The notes: generated from the sequence alone by a model not told the origin. A stretch of DNA of 64,000 bases from Candidatus Latescibacterota bacterium (GCA_965237675.1 OZ250150.1:992001-1056000), one strand, 5' to 3'; shown: positions 29,801-41,099, counted from the stretch's first letter. Numbers and translations are program-made.

Positions 29801-31127
29801 CTTCGATACTTTCTGCCTCGACAAGCCGCACACGGCCGGTGAGAAGTTGCTGTATAATGCCTTGCTTGATTGCCCGAGTCTTATCCCTGCGTCTTTCCAG
29901 GCAGACGATCTCGACGTCCATGTCCGAAAGCACGGTCGCGACCGCTTGTTGTTCCTCGACACTTGGTACGGCAAAGCTGAAATTAGCCATATCGCGACCA
30001 TATAGATGAAAAACCGTTGATCCAGTTACAAGCTGCATCACCTGATCTCGGTCTGTCCTGACTGCATATGCGAGAAATTCTCCCTTGAGGACATCTTCCG
30101 GGACACGAATCACAAGTACGTCTGACCCTATTACGATCTCGGAAGCGAGAATACAACTTGCAGTTGCTAAGCCATTGGGAGTCACATCCGACGTAGGTAT
30201 CAGCACGTCGTTACGGGAAGAATAGAAGAAGGTGCCCTCTCGGTCAGTTCCGTGTATAACGTCGGTGATGCGTTCGCCATAGACCGTAAATAGCTCTCCG
30301 TAATGAATACATCTTCGCTTTCCATCAAGTGATAATTCGGCCTTGGAAAGACCGGAGCCTTTGAAAAATGAAGCAATCTCACCCAACCGCTTCGTCTCCC
30401 ACTGCCCACTAAATCCTGGCAGGCGGGTCTTGCCGGTGAGAAGCTGTTGCATGGCGGCCTGCTTGATGGCCCGCGTCTTGGCGATCAGCGCCTCCAACGC
30501 CCGGAGCAACCCATCCACGTTCGACAGGGCCTCAGCGATTGCACGCTGCTCAGACTTTGCTGGTACTGCGATCCACACAGCCGACAGTGATCGACCATTG
30601 GTCAGAGCACGGGTTGTGTACGTTGCATTTGATACGATCTGGGACCTGACTGCTCTGGAACCAAAACAATACTGCTTGTAGCCGTTGTCAAGTCGGCCGT
30701 CGCGGGGCCGAGCGCGAAGAACGAAACCACTGAATACGGTATCGCAGGGTTCGTTGAGCATAACGGCTGTAACACCGACATCCTCAACGGTCTCGGATGT
30801 ACGCGTAAAAAACACGTCCCCTAACCGCACCTCGTAGTTCTTGATCTCTTCAGGACTGAGGTTAACCCGTCCTGATAGGTCGTCCGTCCTAAGCCCCGGG
30901 CTTTCATAAACATCCATGTAATTGACGATGGGTGTCCCAGTACCGAAGAAACGCTTTGCTTTGTTTAAGCCATTTTTGAATACGAAGAGGTCACCGAGAA
31001 GCACTGCGTCCCAATCGTTAGGTAGTAATCCGAGATCAGTCCACTTGAAGCCCGCTGGCACATCTTTTGATAGGGCGTTTCCGGCTTCCAGGCCCTTACC
31101 CATTGTATCCAGTCTATTACTCATCAA
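29793..31127 (-). CDS. hsdS: Type I R-M specificity subunit S
   Basis: Two TRDs each followed by EQ.A.A..LS..D....K..AIKQ...QQLLTG..RL conserved helices. Confidence 0.95.
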   Translation of the reverse strand: MMSNRLDTMGKGLEAGNALSKDVPAGFKWTDLGLLPNDWDAVLLGDLFVFKNGLNKAKRFFGTGTPIVNYMDVYESPGLRTDDLSGRVNLSPEEIKNYEVRLGDVFFTRTSETVEDVGVTAVMLNEPCDTVFSGFVLRARPRDGRLDNGYKQYCFGSRAVRSQIVSNATYTTRALTNGRSLSAVWIAVPAKSEQRAIAEALSNVDGLLRALEALIAKTRAIKQAAMQQLLTGKTRLPGFSGQWETKRLGEIASFFKGSGLSKAELSLDGKRRCIHYGELFTVYGERITDVIHGTDREGTFFYSSRNDVLIPTSDVTPNGLATASCILASEIVIGSDVLVIRVPEDVLKGEFLAYAVRTDRDQVMQLVTGSTVFHLYGRDMANFSFAVPSVEEQQAVATVLSDMDVEIVCLERRRDKTRAIKQGIIQQLLTGRVRLVEAESIEDA

Positions 31128-31195
31128 ATTTAATCACCGTTAACCTTTGCCAAGTGACGTCGGTAAGTAACCTGCCGCCAGCGCAAACTGGACTT

Positions 31196-32038
31196 TCACT
31201 GACACAATTCGGCAATCATCGCCGCATTTTCCCCGAGTTGATCGTTGAATTTCTGATACATCCCCACCAGAAGAATATCGTTGGTTTTGATATTATCGAG
31301 AGTAAAGGCGAATTCTTCGCGAATTTGATTCTTGGAACCAATAGTGCGTCCAGCCGCGAGGACTTTGAAAGCGATACAGGGTTTACTGGTACTTTTAATA
31401 ATCCGACACATGCGGTTGCGATGTTCGCGGAGATAGATTTCACCAAGTGGCGGATAGCCGAATTTTCGCTCGAATTCCTCCCGTGCGCCCTGCAAATAAT
31501 ACAGCGCGGTCATGTAATAGTCGATATCCCAGTCTTCTTCTTCGGCAATTTCGATGAGACGGGGATTGTGTACCGACAACCCGACCATTACACCTGTGTT
31601 ACGAATGCGCTTTAGAATATCTCGAAGATGTTCGAGGCGATTTTCCTGAAAACACCTTCCGGCAACACCACTTCCGTGGGGCGCCATACCAATGGGATCT
31701 TGTTTGGCGGCTTCGTCGATCAGTGAGGGATCGTCAACCCAGTTTCCACCTCGGCTGAGACAAAAGTAATGAATCGCACCTCCCTCATCGCGGAATCGCT
31801 GAAGATCGGCGGCCGATCGTTCGGTAAGCGTATTTTGCCAGGCGTTTATGCCCACTTCTTCTGCTCGGCGCAGGGTCGCGATAACCTGATCGGATGTGTT
31901 GGCTTCCTTCTGATGTCCTGAGAGCAACGGGTTAAAATGTGAATATCCATAAATTGGATTGTCGCCCATGATGAGCCGGCTGATCTGATATTGTCCGAAC
32001 GGAACGGTCGGAAGATTTATCGCATTTAATGCGGACAT
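31196..32038 (-). CDS. Aldo/keto-reductase-like TIM-barrel protein
   Basis: ISRLIMGDNP..G.SH, GLSVH.P, KPCIAFKVLAAGR; AGGAG RBS in the 21-nt gap after the hsdM stop. Confidence 0.6.
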   Translation of the reverse strand: MSALNAINLPTVPFGQYQISRLIMGDNPIYGYSHFNPLLSGHQKEANTSDQVIATLRRAEEVGINAWQNTLTERSAADLQRFRDEGGAIHYFCLSRGGNWVDDPSLIDEAAKQDPIGMAPHGSGVAGRCFQENRLEHLRDILKRIRNTGVMVGLSVHNPRLIEIAEEEDWDIDYYMTALYYLQGAREEFERKFGYPPLGEIYLREHRNRMCRIIKSTSKPCIAFKVLAAGRTIGSKNQIREEFAFTLDNIKTNDILLVGMYQKFNDQLGENAAMIAELCQ

Positions 32039-32059
32039 GTTGTCTCTCCTCTGTGCTGC

Positions 32060-34597
32060 TTACAACGAAAGCCCCATTTTCTTCAGGTGGCTCTCAACCC
32101 TGGCACTGTATTCATCGACCTCCCGCTCCAACTCCGGAAGTGGTCGGGCATAACGCTCGTCGAGTTCCTTTATCCTACCCTTAAGTTGCTGCGTAACTCG
32201 CTGCACCTCTTCGTGAATGTCGGCCCGGATGCGCGCGAACCACTTGTCCTCGATCACCAGCGTCTTGATTTCTTCCTCAGTGAGTTGGGCGTACGTCGCT
32301 ATCACCGACTCGTGCAGGACTTCCATCTTTTGCTTGTGCGCTTTCTTTTGATTCATCTCATCCGTCATCAGCTGAAGATAGTCGTAAAGAATATCCAGTT
32401 CCTCGAATAGGCCTTCTTCGTCCCTGACGTTCTTGGTCCAGTTATGAACTCCAAAGGTCGTTTTCTTGATAGACTTAGCCTGATCGTGCTCGGGCATTCC
32501 CTCGGGATACGCTTTCAGGATGGCTTCCTTAAGTTCGACGGCGCGTTGCTGCACATTACCCTTGGTTATTCCACTCTTGCCGTCAAGATCGCTGAGAGCG
32601 CCCTCGTCTACGGCATGTTCTGCTTCAAATTCCTCCTTTCGTTCCGCTAATTTTGTGACTTCTGCTTCAAGTTGCACGAGTTCCTGCTGTTCGGCGCTGA
32701 AAAACCTTGCGATTACCATAGATGCGGGGATCATTTCTCCTACGTACTTGGAGGTCGTTTTGCCCTTCTTGATCGTAAATTCCGGCGTTTCATTGTCATA
32801 TGGGGATCGAAGGGTACGACCCGCTTTCCAGCCATCTGCGGCAATTAGATAGACATCGTCCTGCATAACCTCGTCCCAAGAATCCATCAATCGCTGGTAA
32901 ACGTCGTTAGCGTCGATCAAGGGAAGGTCTGCGAAGCACTTCAATAGGTCCTCCGCCAACATTTGGATGATGCTCTTGGGAATGGTGCCTGGACCAAGAC
33001 CCAGAAGAGGCGGTCCGTGGGCTTTGCACCAACCGTCTAGAAGGGCGGCTACCCGCGCCTCGTATAACTTGAATTCCCTGTGTTCGAGGATGGCGGCCTT
33101 TACCCGCTGCGTCTCAACCCGGGTTTCGCTGTAGCCTGCACGGCCATTGCCCACAAACAATGCCTGCCGCAATGAGGGGAAAACCTCCCAAAAAGCACCG
33201 AGCGCATCGAGATCGCGGTGGGGGATCCCGCCGCGCAGATGTGCGTCGAGGTCGTGCAAATCTTCCGGATCACTGGAATCAATATAACGTGGGATGTTAA
33301 GGTTGTAATCGTTAGCATGACTTCCAATCTCGGCCACCGGCACCATGCGGGAATATCGAGCCAACTCGATCTGCTTGTTGAACACATCGACGATCCGGTG
33401 GATGTCCTGTGCCCGCAGGCGATTCTTGTTCCCATCCTTGAGGAATCCCTTGCTCGCATCGATCATAAAGATACCAGTGCGAGCATAGGCGTTCTCCTTA
33501 TCGATGACCAGTATGCAAGCGGGAATGCCGGTGCCATAGAACAGGTTGGCCGGAAGGCCGATGATACCTTTGATAAAGCCGCGCTGGATAAGGTTTTTTC
33601 GGATGTCGGCCTCCTTGTTGCCGCGAAACAACACGCCGTGTGGCAGGATAATCGCACCCTTGCCCTTGCTCTTGAGCGACGTGATGAGGTGCAGGAGGAA
33701 GGCGTAGTCGCCGTTCCTGGCCGGGGGGATGCCGTACGCGAAACGCCCGTACTCGTCGTGCTCCGGATTGAGGCCGCTGGACCAGGCCTTTGCCGAAAAA
33801 GGCGGATTCGCGACGGCGAAGTCGAAAGCCTTGAGACTGTCGTCAGGGTTCTTGAAATACGGTGAGGCCAGCGTATTGCCGCGCCACAGTTCGGCGGTCG
33901 GGTGGCCATGCAGGATCAGATTCATCCGAGCCAGCGACCAGGTGGCGTTGTCCATCTCCTGTCCATAGATAGTGATGCCGTTTGGTGCCTCGTCCGCAGC
34001 CTTGAGCAGTAACGAGCCGGAGCCGCAGGTGGGATCGTAGATGGTCTGGTCCTGGCGGGTGTCCGGTCCGATACCGATCACTTTCGCCATGATACGGGAC
34101 ACCTCGGCCGGCGTGTAAAATTGCCCTTTGCTCTTGCCCGACTCGGTGGCGAAGTGCATCATCAGGTACTCGTACGCGTCGCCGAGCAGATCATCGCCCC
34201 CGCCGCGGTTGGCCCGGAAGTCCAGACCGTCGAATATGGCGACCAGTTTGGAGAGCCGGTCCTGCATTTCCTTGCCCGAACCGAGCTTGCTCTCGTCGTT
34301 GAAGTCGGCTTGATCGATGACGCCCTTAAGGTCGTTTGCTCTAGCGAATTCGGAAATAATCGGGTTGATCTTGTCCCCGATCTCCTTGTCGCCCTTCAAC
34401 TTTACCATATCGGCAAAACTACCCCCAACAGGCACTTCAATTATCGCGTCGGGCTTGCCTGCGTACCGGTCCGAGATATACTTCATAAACAGCAGTGTGA
34501 GGACATAGTCCTTGTATTGCGAGGCATCCATGCCTCCCCGCAATTCATCACAGCTTTGCCAGAGCGATGAATAGAGTTGGGATTTCTTCAAAGCCAT
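32060..34597 (-). CDS. hsdM: Type I R-M N6-adenine methyltransferase subunit M
   Basis: LW..CDELRG, GQFYTP, YDPTCGSGSLL, GQE, ANPPF, LPHGVLFRG, YNLNIPRY. Confidence 0.97.
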   Translation of the reverse strand: MALKKSQLYSSLWQSCDELRGGMDASQYKDYVLTLLFMKYISDRYAGKPDAIIEVPVGGSFADMVKLKGDKEIGDKINPIISEFARANDLKGVIDQADFNDESKLGSGKEMQDRLSKLVAIFDGLDFRANRGGGDDLLGDAYEYLMMHFATESGKSKGQFYTPAEVSRIMAKVIGIGPDTRQDQTIYDPTCGSGSLLLKAADEAPNGITIYGQEMDNATWSLARMNLILHGHPTAELWRGNTLASPYFKNPDDSLKAFDFAVANPPFSAKAWSSGLNPEHDEYGRFAYGIPPARNGDYAFLLHLITSLKSKGKGAIILPHGVLFRGNKEADIRKNLIQRGFIKGIIGLPANLFYGTGIPACILVIDKENAYARTGIFMIDASKGFLKDGNKNRLRAQDIHRIVDVFNKQIELARYSRMVPVAEIGSHANDYNLNIPRYIDSSDPEDLHDLDAHLRGGIPHRDLDALGAFWEVFPSLRQALFVGNGRAGYSETRVETQRVKAAILEHREFKLYEARVAALLDGWCKAHGPPLLGLGPGTIPKSIIQMLAEDLLKCFADLPLIDANDVYQRLMDSWDEVMQDDVYLIAADGWKAGRTLRSPYDNETPEFTIKKGKTTSKYVGEMIPASMVIARFFSAEQQELVQLEAEVTKLAERKEEFEAEHAVDEGALSDLDGKSGITKGNVQQRAVELKEAILKAYPEGMPEHDQAKSIKKTTFGVHNWTKNVRDEEGLFEELDILYDYLQLMTDEMNQKKAHKQKMEVLHESVIATYAQLTEEEIKTLVIEDKWFARIRADIHEEVQRVTQQLKGRIKELDERYARPLPELEREVDEYSARVESHLKKMGLSL

Positions 34598-34766
34598 GTT
34601 TCAGTCCTTACCGAGAGCGATGGGCGACTCATGAATTCGGGACCCATATATAGACACCTTAAGATACACACTGCGAAGCCGTTTTTATTGCGGAATCCGA
34701 CCGAGTTCCCATGCGACCCGGTTCTCAGTCCGAACCGTATAGGGGACGCATTATCTGGCAAGCCTC

Positions 34767-35834
34767 TCAGTCAAAAACCAGTACCGTTCGCGCCACTTTC
34801 CCCTGAACCATGTCTTCGAACGCCTCGTTGATCTCATCCAACGGGCGATAGCGGGATATCAACTCATCCAACTTGACCTTTCCCTGGCGATAAAGATCCA
34901 GAATCCACAGGAAGTCTACACGGGCGCGGGCAACGCCATGCCAGGAGCCCATAATGGCGCGGTCCCTTAACAGACTGTCGCCGTCAACGGATATATCCTG
35001 GCCGGTTGGCTGTACCCCCACCACGACTGTGGTTCCACTGGTGCGGACCGATTCAAACGCCTGCCGGACCAGCGAAGGAAATCCAACGACCTCAAAGGCA
35101 TAATCTGCGCCACCTCCTGTAATCTCCACAATTCGCCGAACGGGATCTTCGCTATCTGCATTGACAACGTGCGTGGCGCCGAACTGTTCCGCCAACTCCA
35201 ATTTATACGGCACCTTGTCCACGGCGATTATCTTCCCTGCGGATGCGAGTACACCCCCCTGGATGACATTGAGGCCGACCCCGCCACAGCCGAACACGGC
35301 CATTGTGGCGCCTGCTTCCACCTTTGCGCGATTCACCACGGCGCCGATGCCGGTAATCACCGCGCAACTGATAAGACACGCTTTGCGAAGATCCGTGTCA
35401 TCCGGCACCTTCACACACGCATCCGCCAATACAACCGACTGCTCGGTGTATGTGGGCCGGCCGTGGTAATACGCGGTCCCATTCCTGGAAATGCGGCTCG
35501 GTATTTCGCCCTGATGGGTTTCGCAAAGCGCCGGGCTGCCCTCGCTGCAATTCCTGCAATGGCCGCACATCGCATCGAGAGAGAGGATAATCTTGTCGCC
35601 ACCCCGAACGCTGCTCACGCCGGGTCCGACTTCCCTGACGATCCCGGCGCCCTCGTGTCCCATAACCCAGGGCAGTGCGCGAGGCACAACGTGTCCGTCC
35701 ACGTAGTGATAGTCGCTGTGACAAACGCCCGCTCCCACGATATCGAGAAGCACTTCTCCCGCTCGGGGAGATGCGATATCGACATCTTCGACGGAGACAC
35801 GGGTCAGTGGTCTGTGGAGAATGGCTGCCTTCAT
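34767..35834 (-). CDS. Zn-dependent alcohol dehydrogenase (MDR)
   Basis: CHSD, GHEGAG, CGHCRNC...C, GCGGVG. Confidence 0.93.
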   Translation of the reverse strand: MKAAILHRPLTRVSVEDVDIASPRAGEVLLDIVGAGVCHSDYHYVDGHVVPRALPWVMGHEGAGIVREVGPGVSSVRGGDKIILSLDAMCGHCRNCSEGSPALCETHQGEIPSRISRNGTAYYHGRPTYTEQSVVLADACVKVPDDTDLRKACLISCAVITGIGAVVNRAKVEAGATMAVFGCGGVGLNVIQGGVLASAGKIIAVDKVPYKLELAEQFGATHVVNADSEDPVRRIVEITGGGADYAFEVVGFPSLVRQAFESVRTSGTTVVVGVQPTGQDISVDGDSLLRDRAIMGSWHGVARARVDFLWILDLYRQGKVKLDELISRYRPLDEINEAFEDMVQGKVARTVLVFD

Positions 35835-35893
35835 ATTTGGCTCCTATCGCCAGGATGACATCGGTAGGGAGGGCGGACCTATGGACGGCCGCA

Positions 35894-35929
35894 GCGCCGC
35901 CCGAACGGGCAAATTCTGTCGGGCGGCGC
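35894..35929. other. GC-rich hairpin between the GNAT and ADH genes
   Basis: GCGCCGCCCGA...TCGGGCGGCGC inverted repeat. Confidence 0.4.
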
Positions 35930-35942
35930 CGGTTTTGTTCTC

Positions 35943-36521
35943 TCACCCATGCTCGATGCCGAGTTGAGTGAAGACGTCCGACCATCGTTTCGCGTGACTG
36001 TCGTGCGTGTGAAGGGGCCGGAAACCGGCGGTGAGATAGCTCCTGACGGCCGCCAGGCGCCAGTCGTCGGTGAGGAGGTGGGCCTGACGATAGCCCAGGT
36101 CTTTGAGGCGGTGGAGCACGGCTGCGTTGACCAGGTGGCCCAGGCCCTTCCCCCTGTGGGTTTCAAGTACGGCAACCATGTGCACTTCCCCCACGATGCG
36201 TTCGTTCAAGTCCCGGCTCCAGGCGCATGCGGAGCCGACCGGTTGGGAACCGAAGGTGGCGAAAAAGAGGCTTTCCGGGTGGAAACGGGGATCATCAATG
36301 AGTTTCTCGCGGCACGTTTCAGGCGTCCAATCCCGCCCGACGTTGCCCTCCATAATAGCGCACCACGCGGCTTCGTCGCCTGAATGGTAAGTGCGCAGTC
36401 CATACCCATCGGGGATGCGAATCGCGGGCGGGTCGTTCAGCGTATCCCTCAGCATTTCGAGTTGGGGCATAGGCGGAGGCGGCGATTTGGCGTTCAGTTT
36501 CGACAGAAGTCGGCGAAGCAT
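35943..36521 (-). CDS. GNAT family N-acetyltransferase
   Basis: VAV...HRGKGLG acetyl-CoA motif, A..SYL.AGF. Confidence 0.85.
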   Translation of the reverse strand: MLRRLLSKLNAKSPPPPMPQLEMLRDTLNDPPAIRIPDGYGLRTYHSGDEAAWCAIMEGNVGRDWTPETCREKLIDDPRFHPESLFFATFGSQPVGSACAWSRDLNERIVGEVHMVAVLETHRGKGLGHLVNAAVLHRLKDLGYRQAHLLTDDWRLAAVRSYLTAGFRPLHTHDSHAKRWSDVFTQLGIEHG

Positions 36522-36868
36522 GGCGTATTTCCCGTCAGAAATTCGAGGCAGGGGCCGCCGGGATTGTACCTGGTTCGCAGCCTGGCTGCGGCTGTTTCAA
36601 ATCTTGCCCGACCCCCTTGATTTCCTCGTTGCGTCGATAAACGATTATTGAAGGTTGCCGTTAACGAAAATGCAGTAGAGACATCCCGACCCGACCGGGT
36701 GGGTTTGATCGACAATATGAACGACATTTCAGGCGGTGTCAACGAATAATCGCCCGTTCGTATCCTGAAGCGTCAACCCGAATTTGTGGCTTGCAGGCTT
36801 GAATATCGGTCCCGCGCAGACCATCAAATCACACGCTTAACGAGGCGTATTAATTCTTCCGGAATGGC

Positions 36869-36897
36869 TTGACTTTTGATAATCCTTATGATATACT
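36869..36897 (+). promoter_or_regulatory. Sigma70 promoter of the nuo cluster
   Basis: TTGACT-17 nt-TATACT with extended -10 TG. Confidence 0.65.
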
Positions 36898-36981
36898 ATC
36901 ACCGCCGAAAAACGGGTCGTCCGTCGGAAGGAGTGCCGTTCCGGAGCTGCTTTTTACGCCCTTGGGAGGTCCAGGGAAACG

Positions 36982-37347
36982 ATGCTGGTCGATTATCTTC
37001 CGATCGTTATTCTGATGGCCGTGGCCGTTGGGTTCGCAGCCGTCAGTTTAATTATGACGCATCTGTTCGGACCCCACCGTCCCAATCCGGTCAAATTATC
37101 GCCATACGAGTCGGGTGTGCCTCCCGTAGGCGATGCCAGGCTGCGGTTTTCCGTCAAGTTTTATGTTGTGGCGATGCTGTTTATTGTCTTCGATATCGAA
37201 GTCGTGTTCCTATACCCCTGGGCCGTTGTCTTTAAGGATTTGCTGGTCCAGGGGAGTTTTATTTTTACTGAAATGATGGTGTTCCTTGGCGTCCTGGTTC
37301 TGGGCCTTGCGTATGTCTGGAGGAAGGGCGGGTTGGATTGGGACTGA
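36982..37347 (+). CDS. nuoA: NADH-quinone oxidoreductase subunit A
   Basis: K..PYESG, FIVFDIEVVFLYPWA, WRKGGLDW. Confidence 0.95.
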   Translation: MLVDYLPIVILMAVAVGFAAVSLIMTHLFGPHRPNPVKLSPYESGVPPVGDARLRFSVKFYVVAMLFIVFDIEVVFLYPWAVVFKDLLVQGSFIFTEMMVFLGVLVLGLAYVWRKGGLDWD

Positions 37348-37422
37348 GGACCGGCGCCACCATACTCCCGGTCGGACGGACGGCGCGTCCGAAGATTTGA
37401 ATTTTAACGATCGGGCAAGGGC

Positions 37423-39195
37423 ATGCCCTCAAAAGAGAAAAACGGAACACCGGTGGCTGACGTGGCGGTCGGTAACCTGACGTCGAGAAAGTTGGAGGAA
37501 CGGTTCGGGGAAGACGTTCTCGAGGTCTCCGAATTCTGCGGCGATTGGACGGCCGTCTGTGAGGCAGACCGGGTTTCGGAAATACTGGCGTTTTTGCGGG
37601 ACGACCCCGAACTGGATTACGACCGGCTGTCGGATGTAACGGCGGTCGACTATTCCGAGTACCCGGGACAGCAGGCGGAGGCCCGGTTCAACGTGGTCTA
37701 CCACCTGTACTCTCATCCACACAACCACCGCTTCCGGCTCCGGGCGAAGGTGGGCGAAGAAAGGTGCGGTATCCCATCCGCGTGCGGGCTGTGGAAAGGG
37801 GCCGAATGGCCGGAGCGGGAAGTGTACGATATGTTCGGCATCAGGTTCGAGGGACATCCTGATTTGCGGCGCATATTGATGCCGGTGAATTTTCGATACT
37901 ACCCGATGAGGAAGGATTACCCGCTCAACGGAATGGGAGAGCGGGATGTAATCGCGCCGGAAGATCCCGGGTTTGAGGGCAATCCTTTCGAGGGCGAAGA
38001 TGCCCGGGACGACGATCCGCTGGCTTCTGAGCGGATGATCCTGAATCTGGGGCCTCAGCATCCGGCAACCCATGGGACCCTGCGGCTCACGCTCGAATTG
38101 GATGGAGAGCGCGTCACCAGGTGTCTTCCGGACATAGGATACCTGCATACCGGCTTTGAAAAACTGGGGGAACACCACACCTACAATCAGTGGGTCACGG
38201 TGACCGACCGGATGAACTATCTTTCGCCGCTGTGCAACAACATTGGTTATGCGATGACGGTGGAAAAACTGATGGGCCTGGAGATCCCCCCTCGCGCCAC
38301 CTGTATCCGTGTGATTCTTGCGGAACTGTCGCGCATTGGGGACCATATGGTCTGGCTGGGCACGCACGCACTGGATATCGGCGCGATGACGGTGTTCCTG
38401 TACACCTTTGAACAACGTGAACGCCTGTACGATATTTTCGAGGCCGTCACCGGCACCCGATTGACCACAAGTTATACGCGGGTCGGCGGGTTGGGGTGGG
38501 ATGTGCCGGACAACTTTCACGAACTGGTTACGGATTTCACGGCGCAATTCCCAAGGGCGGTCGGGGAGGTGGACAGGCTGCTGACCCGCAACAGGATCTG
38601 GATTGACCGCACCAAGGACATTGGCGTGATTTCCGCCGAAGACGCGATTGCGTGGAATCTGACCGGGCCGATGGCGCGCGGCTCCGGCGTGAACTACGAT
38701 TTGCGGAAGGCCGAACCCTATATGGGTTACGAGAATTTTGAGTTTGAGATTCCCGTGGGCGAAAAGGGCGATGTCTACGACCGGTACCTGGTCCGGATGG
38801 AGGAGTTGAACCAAAGCATCCGGATTATCGAACAGGCGGTGAACAATCTGCCCCAGGGCGCCGTAAAGGTCGATGACGCCAAGGTAATTCTGCCGGAGAA
38901 AGACGACGTATACACGGGGATGGAGGAGTTGATCCACCACTTCAAAATAACGATGAACAATCATGGTATCGCGCCGCCGCCTGGGGAAATTTACCTGGCT
39001 ACGGAGGGTCCCAACGGAGAATTGGGCTTTTATATTGTCAGCGACGGAAGCGGGTCTGCTTACCGGTTGAGGGTACGGCCCCCGTCGTTTATGAATTACC
39101 AGTGTTTTCCGCAATTGGTGCACGGACACATGGTGGCCGACGTGGTGGCCATTCTGGGAAGCATAAATGTAATTGCGGGTGAGTTGGATCGATGA
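37423..39195 (+). CDS. nuoCD: Fused NADH-quinone oxidoreductase subunit C/D
   Basis: [19 protein letters not shown] (C) followed by [27 protein letters not shown] (D). Confidence 0.95.
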   Translation: MPSKEKNGTPVADVAVGNLTSRKLEERFGEDVLEVSEFCGDWTAVCEADRVSEILAFLRDDPELDYDRLSDVTAVDYSEYPGQQAEARFNVVYHLYSHPHNHRFRLRAKVGEERCGIPSACGLWKGAEWPEREVYDMFGIRFEGHPDLRRILMPVNFRYYPMRKDYPLNGMGERDVIAPEDPGFEGNPFEGEDARDDDPLASERMILNLGPQHPATHGTLRLTLELDGERVTRCLPDIGYLHTGFEKLGEHHTYNQWVTVTDRMNYLSPLCNNIGYAMTVEKLMGLEIPPRATCIRVILAELSRIGDHMVWLGTHALDIGAMTVFLYTFEQRERLYDIFEAVTGTRLTTSYTRVGGLGWDVPDNFHELVTDFTAQFPRAVGEVDRLLTRNRIWIDRTKDIGVISAEDAIAWNLTGPMARGSGVNYDLRKAEPYMGYENFEFEIPVGEKGDVYDRYLVRMEELNQSIRIIEQAVNNLPQGAVKVDDAKVILPEKDDVYTGMEELIHHFKITMNNHGIAPPPGEIYLATEGPNGELGFYIVSDGSGSAYRLRVRPPSFMNYQCFPQLVHGHMVADVVAILGSINVIAGELDR

Positions 39196-39255
39196 GTGGC
39201 GTCACCGCACGACCGTCCGCCAATTGCCGTCTTACGTACCAGGAAACCTGAGAAT

Positions 39256-39735
39256 ATGGCGACCGCGTTTTCTGAACAGACACGAGAAAAGTGCGAGGAG
39301 ATTCTCACGCGCTATCCACAGGAATGGCGCAAGGCGGCGATTCTGCCGGTTCTGCATCTGGCTCAGAAGGAGTGGGGGTATATCTCTCTGGAGGGGTTGA
39401 GGTACGTCGCGGATCTCCTGGAAATTCCGCCAGCCCATGCCGCCGGCGTGATGAGTTTTTATCCGATGTTCCACAAAGCGCCCGTGGGCAAATATGTCAT
39501 CCATGTATGCGGTACGTTGTCCTGTGCGCTCTGCGGAGCCGGGGAAATCACGAAATACCTGAAGGAAAAGCTGAAAATCGACGTGGGCGAAACCACCGAG
39601 GATGGACGGTTCACACTGGCCAAGGTGGAGTGCATCGCAGCGTGCGAAGGCGCGCCTGCGATTCTGATTAACGAGGAACTTCATCGCTGCGTGACGCGGG
39701 AGAAGCTGGATCGGCTGCTGGACCAGTCCGCGTGA
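39256..39735 (+). CDS. nuoE: NADH-quinone oxidoreductase subunit E
   Basis: SFYPMF, C.TLSC, ECIAAC 2Fe-2S ligands; ATG 39256 chosen. Confidence 0.92.
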   Translation: MATAFSEQTREKCEEILTRYPQEWRKAAILPVLHLAQKEWGYISLEGLRYVADLLEIPPAHAAGVMSFYPMFHKAPVGKYVIHVCGTLSCALCGAGEITKYLKEKLKIDVGETTEDGRFTLAKVECIAACEGAPAILINEELHRCVTREKLDRLLDQSA

Positions 39736-39755
39736 ACAATTCAATCTAGCCGGAT

Positions 39756-41093
39756 ATGCCTGAAGAATACAAGATCATAACAGAACGGTTTGGCGTTGAA
39801 CACCTCCAGAATATCGACGTCTACCGGGCCCATGGCGGATATACAGCCATCGAGAAGGCCTTTGGAATGTCGCAGGACGAGGTGATTGACGAGGTGAGGG
39901 AGGCGTCGCTGGCCGGCCGGGGAGGCGCCTGGTTCCCGGCCGGGGTAAAATGGGGGTTTATGCCCAAAGAACCCCGGGAACCCAGTTACCTCTGTGTGAA
40001 TGCCGACGAGAGCGAGCCGGGCACGTTCAAAGATCGGCATCTGATGGAGCAGAATCCACATCAGCTTCTCGAGGGTACCATCATCGCGTCGTATGCAATG
40101 CGGGTGAGCGTGGCATACGTCTACATCCGTGGCGAAATGTTCGAGGCCAGGGCGATCATGGAACAGGCGATAGCCGAGGCGCGGGCGGCGGGATATATCG
40201 GCCGGAACATCCTCGGGTCGGGCTACGATCTGGAGGTCTACAACCATCCGGGCGCCGGAGCCTATATCTGCGGTGAGGAGATGGGTCTGATCCAGTCCCT
40301 TAACGGCAACCGCGCCGAGCCGCGCGCAAAACCGCCGTTTCCCGCCCAGCAGGGCGTGTTCGAGCGGCCCACCACGGTGAATAACGTGCAGACGCTGTCT
40401 TATGTGCCCCATATTGTGAACCGGGGGGCGGACTGGTTCAAAGGAATCGGCAGCGAGCGGTTTCCCGGAACGTTTATATTTTGCGTTAGCGGGCATGTCA
40501 ATAAACCGGGCATGTTCGAATTGGAAACCGGTTCCGTCACCATGCGGCAGATCGTGGAGGATTTCGCGGGTGGGGTACGGAACGGGCGCCAGTTGAAGGC
40601 GGTGATTCCGGGTGGGGCGTCAACGCCGCCGATGACACCCGATCAGATCGATATTGTAATGGATCCGTCAAATTTCCTGGCGCCAGGCGGCGGCGATTTC
40701 CAGGGGATGTTCGGCACGGGCGGGATAATCGTGATGGACGAAACGGCGTGCATGGTCGATGCGTTGTTGAATTTTATGGTCTTCTTTGCTCACGAGTCCT
40801 GCGGTCAATGCACGCCTTGCCGTGAGGGATGCCCCTGGGCGCGCGATATTGTATGGCGTATTGAGAATGGTCTGGCGAAACCTGGCGACCTGGATACGTT
40901 GCTGGACGTTGCCAATAACGTCGGGCCGTTTCTATGCCCGCCTTCGAGGCTGACAACCATATGTGGATTCGGCGGGGCCTTTGCGAATCCGATCCACGGA
41001 TTTGTACAAACGTTCCGCAGTGAGTTCGAAGCCCACATCGAAGAGGGACGATGCCCCATTCATCAGGACAAATCCATACGGGTTCCGGGGTAA
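39756..41093 (+). CDS. nuoF: NADH-quinone oxidoreductase subunit F
   Basis: GRGGA, NADESEPGTFKDR, GAGAYICGEE, ESCGQCTPCREG. Confidence 0.96.
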   Translation: MPEEYKIITERFGVEHLQNIDVYRAHGGYTAIEKAFGMSQDEVIDEVREASLAGRGGAWFPAGVKWGFMPKEPREPSYLCVNADESEPGTFKDRHLMEQNPHQLLEGTIIASYAMRVSVAYVYIRGEMFEARAIMEQAIAEARAAGYIGRNILGSGYDLEVYNHPGAGAYICGEEMGLIQSLNGNRAEPRAKPPFPAQQGVFERPTTVNNVQTLSYVPHIVNRGADWFKGIGSERFPGTFIFCVSGHVNKPGMFELETGSVTMRQIVEDFAGGVRNGRQLKAVIPGGASTPPMTPDQIDIVMDPSNFLAPGGGDFQGMFGTGGIIVMDETACMVDALLNFMVFFAHESCGQCTPCREGCPWARDIVWRIENGLAKPGDLDTLLDVANNVGPFLCPPSRLTTICGFGGAFANPIHGFVQTFRSEFEAHIEEGRCPIHQDKSIRVPG

Positions 41094-41099
41094 ATAAGG

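Noticed and set aside
28022-30001. 659-aa ORF as an intact gene
   Set aside because: Its first 67 codons overlap hsdS and its last residues read into the IS end; it is the 5' half of a disrupted gene.
37423-39195. NuoCD as a group 4 [NiFe]-hydrogenase large subunit (given the Mrp neighbours)
   Set aside because: No CxxC Ni-binding motifs at either end; it has the NuoD HPATHG and C-terminal ELDR, and NuoEFG are present.
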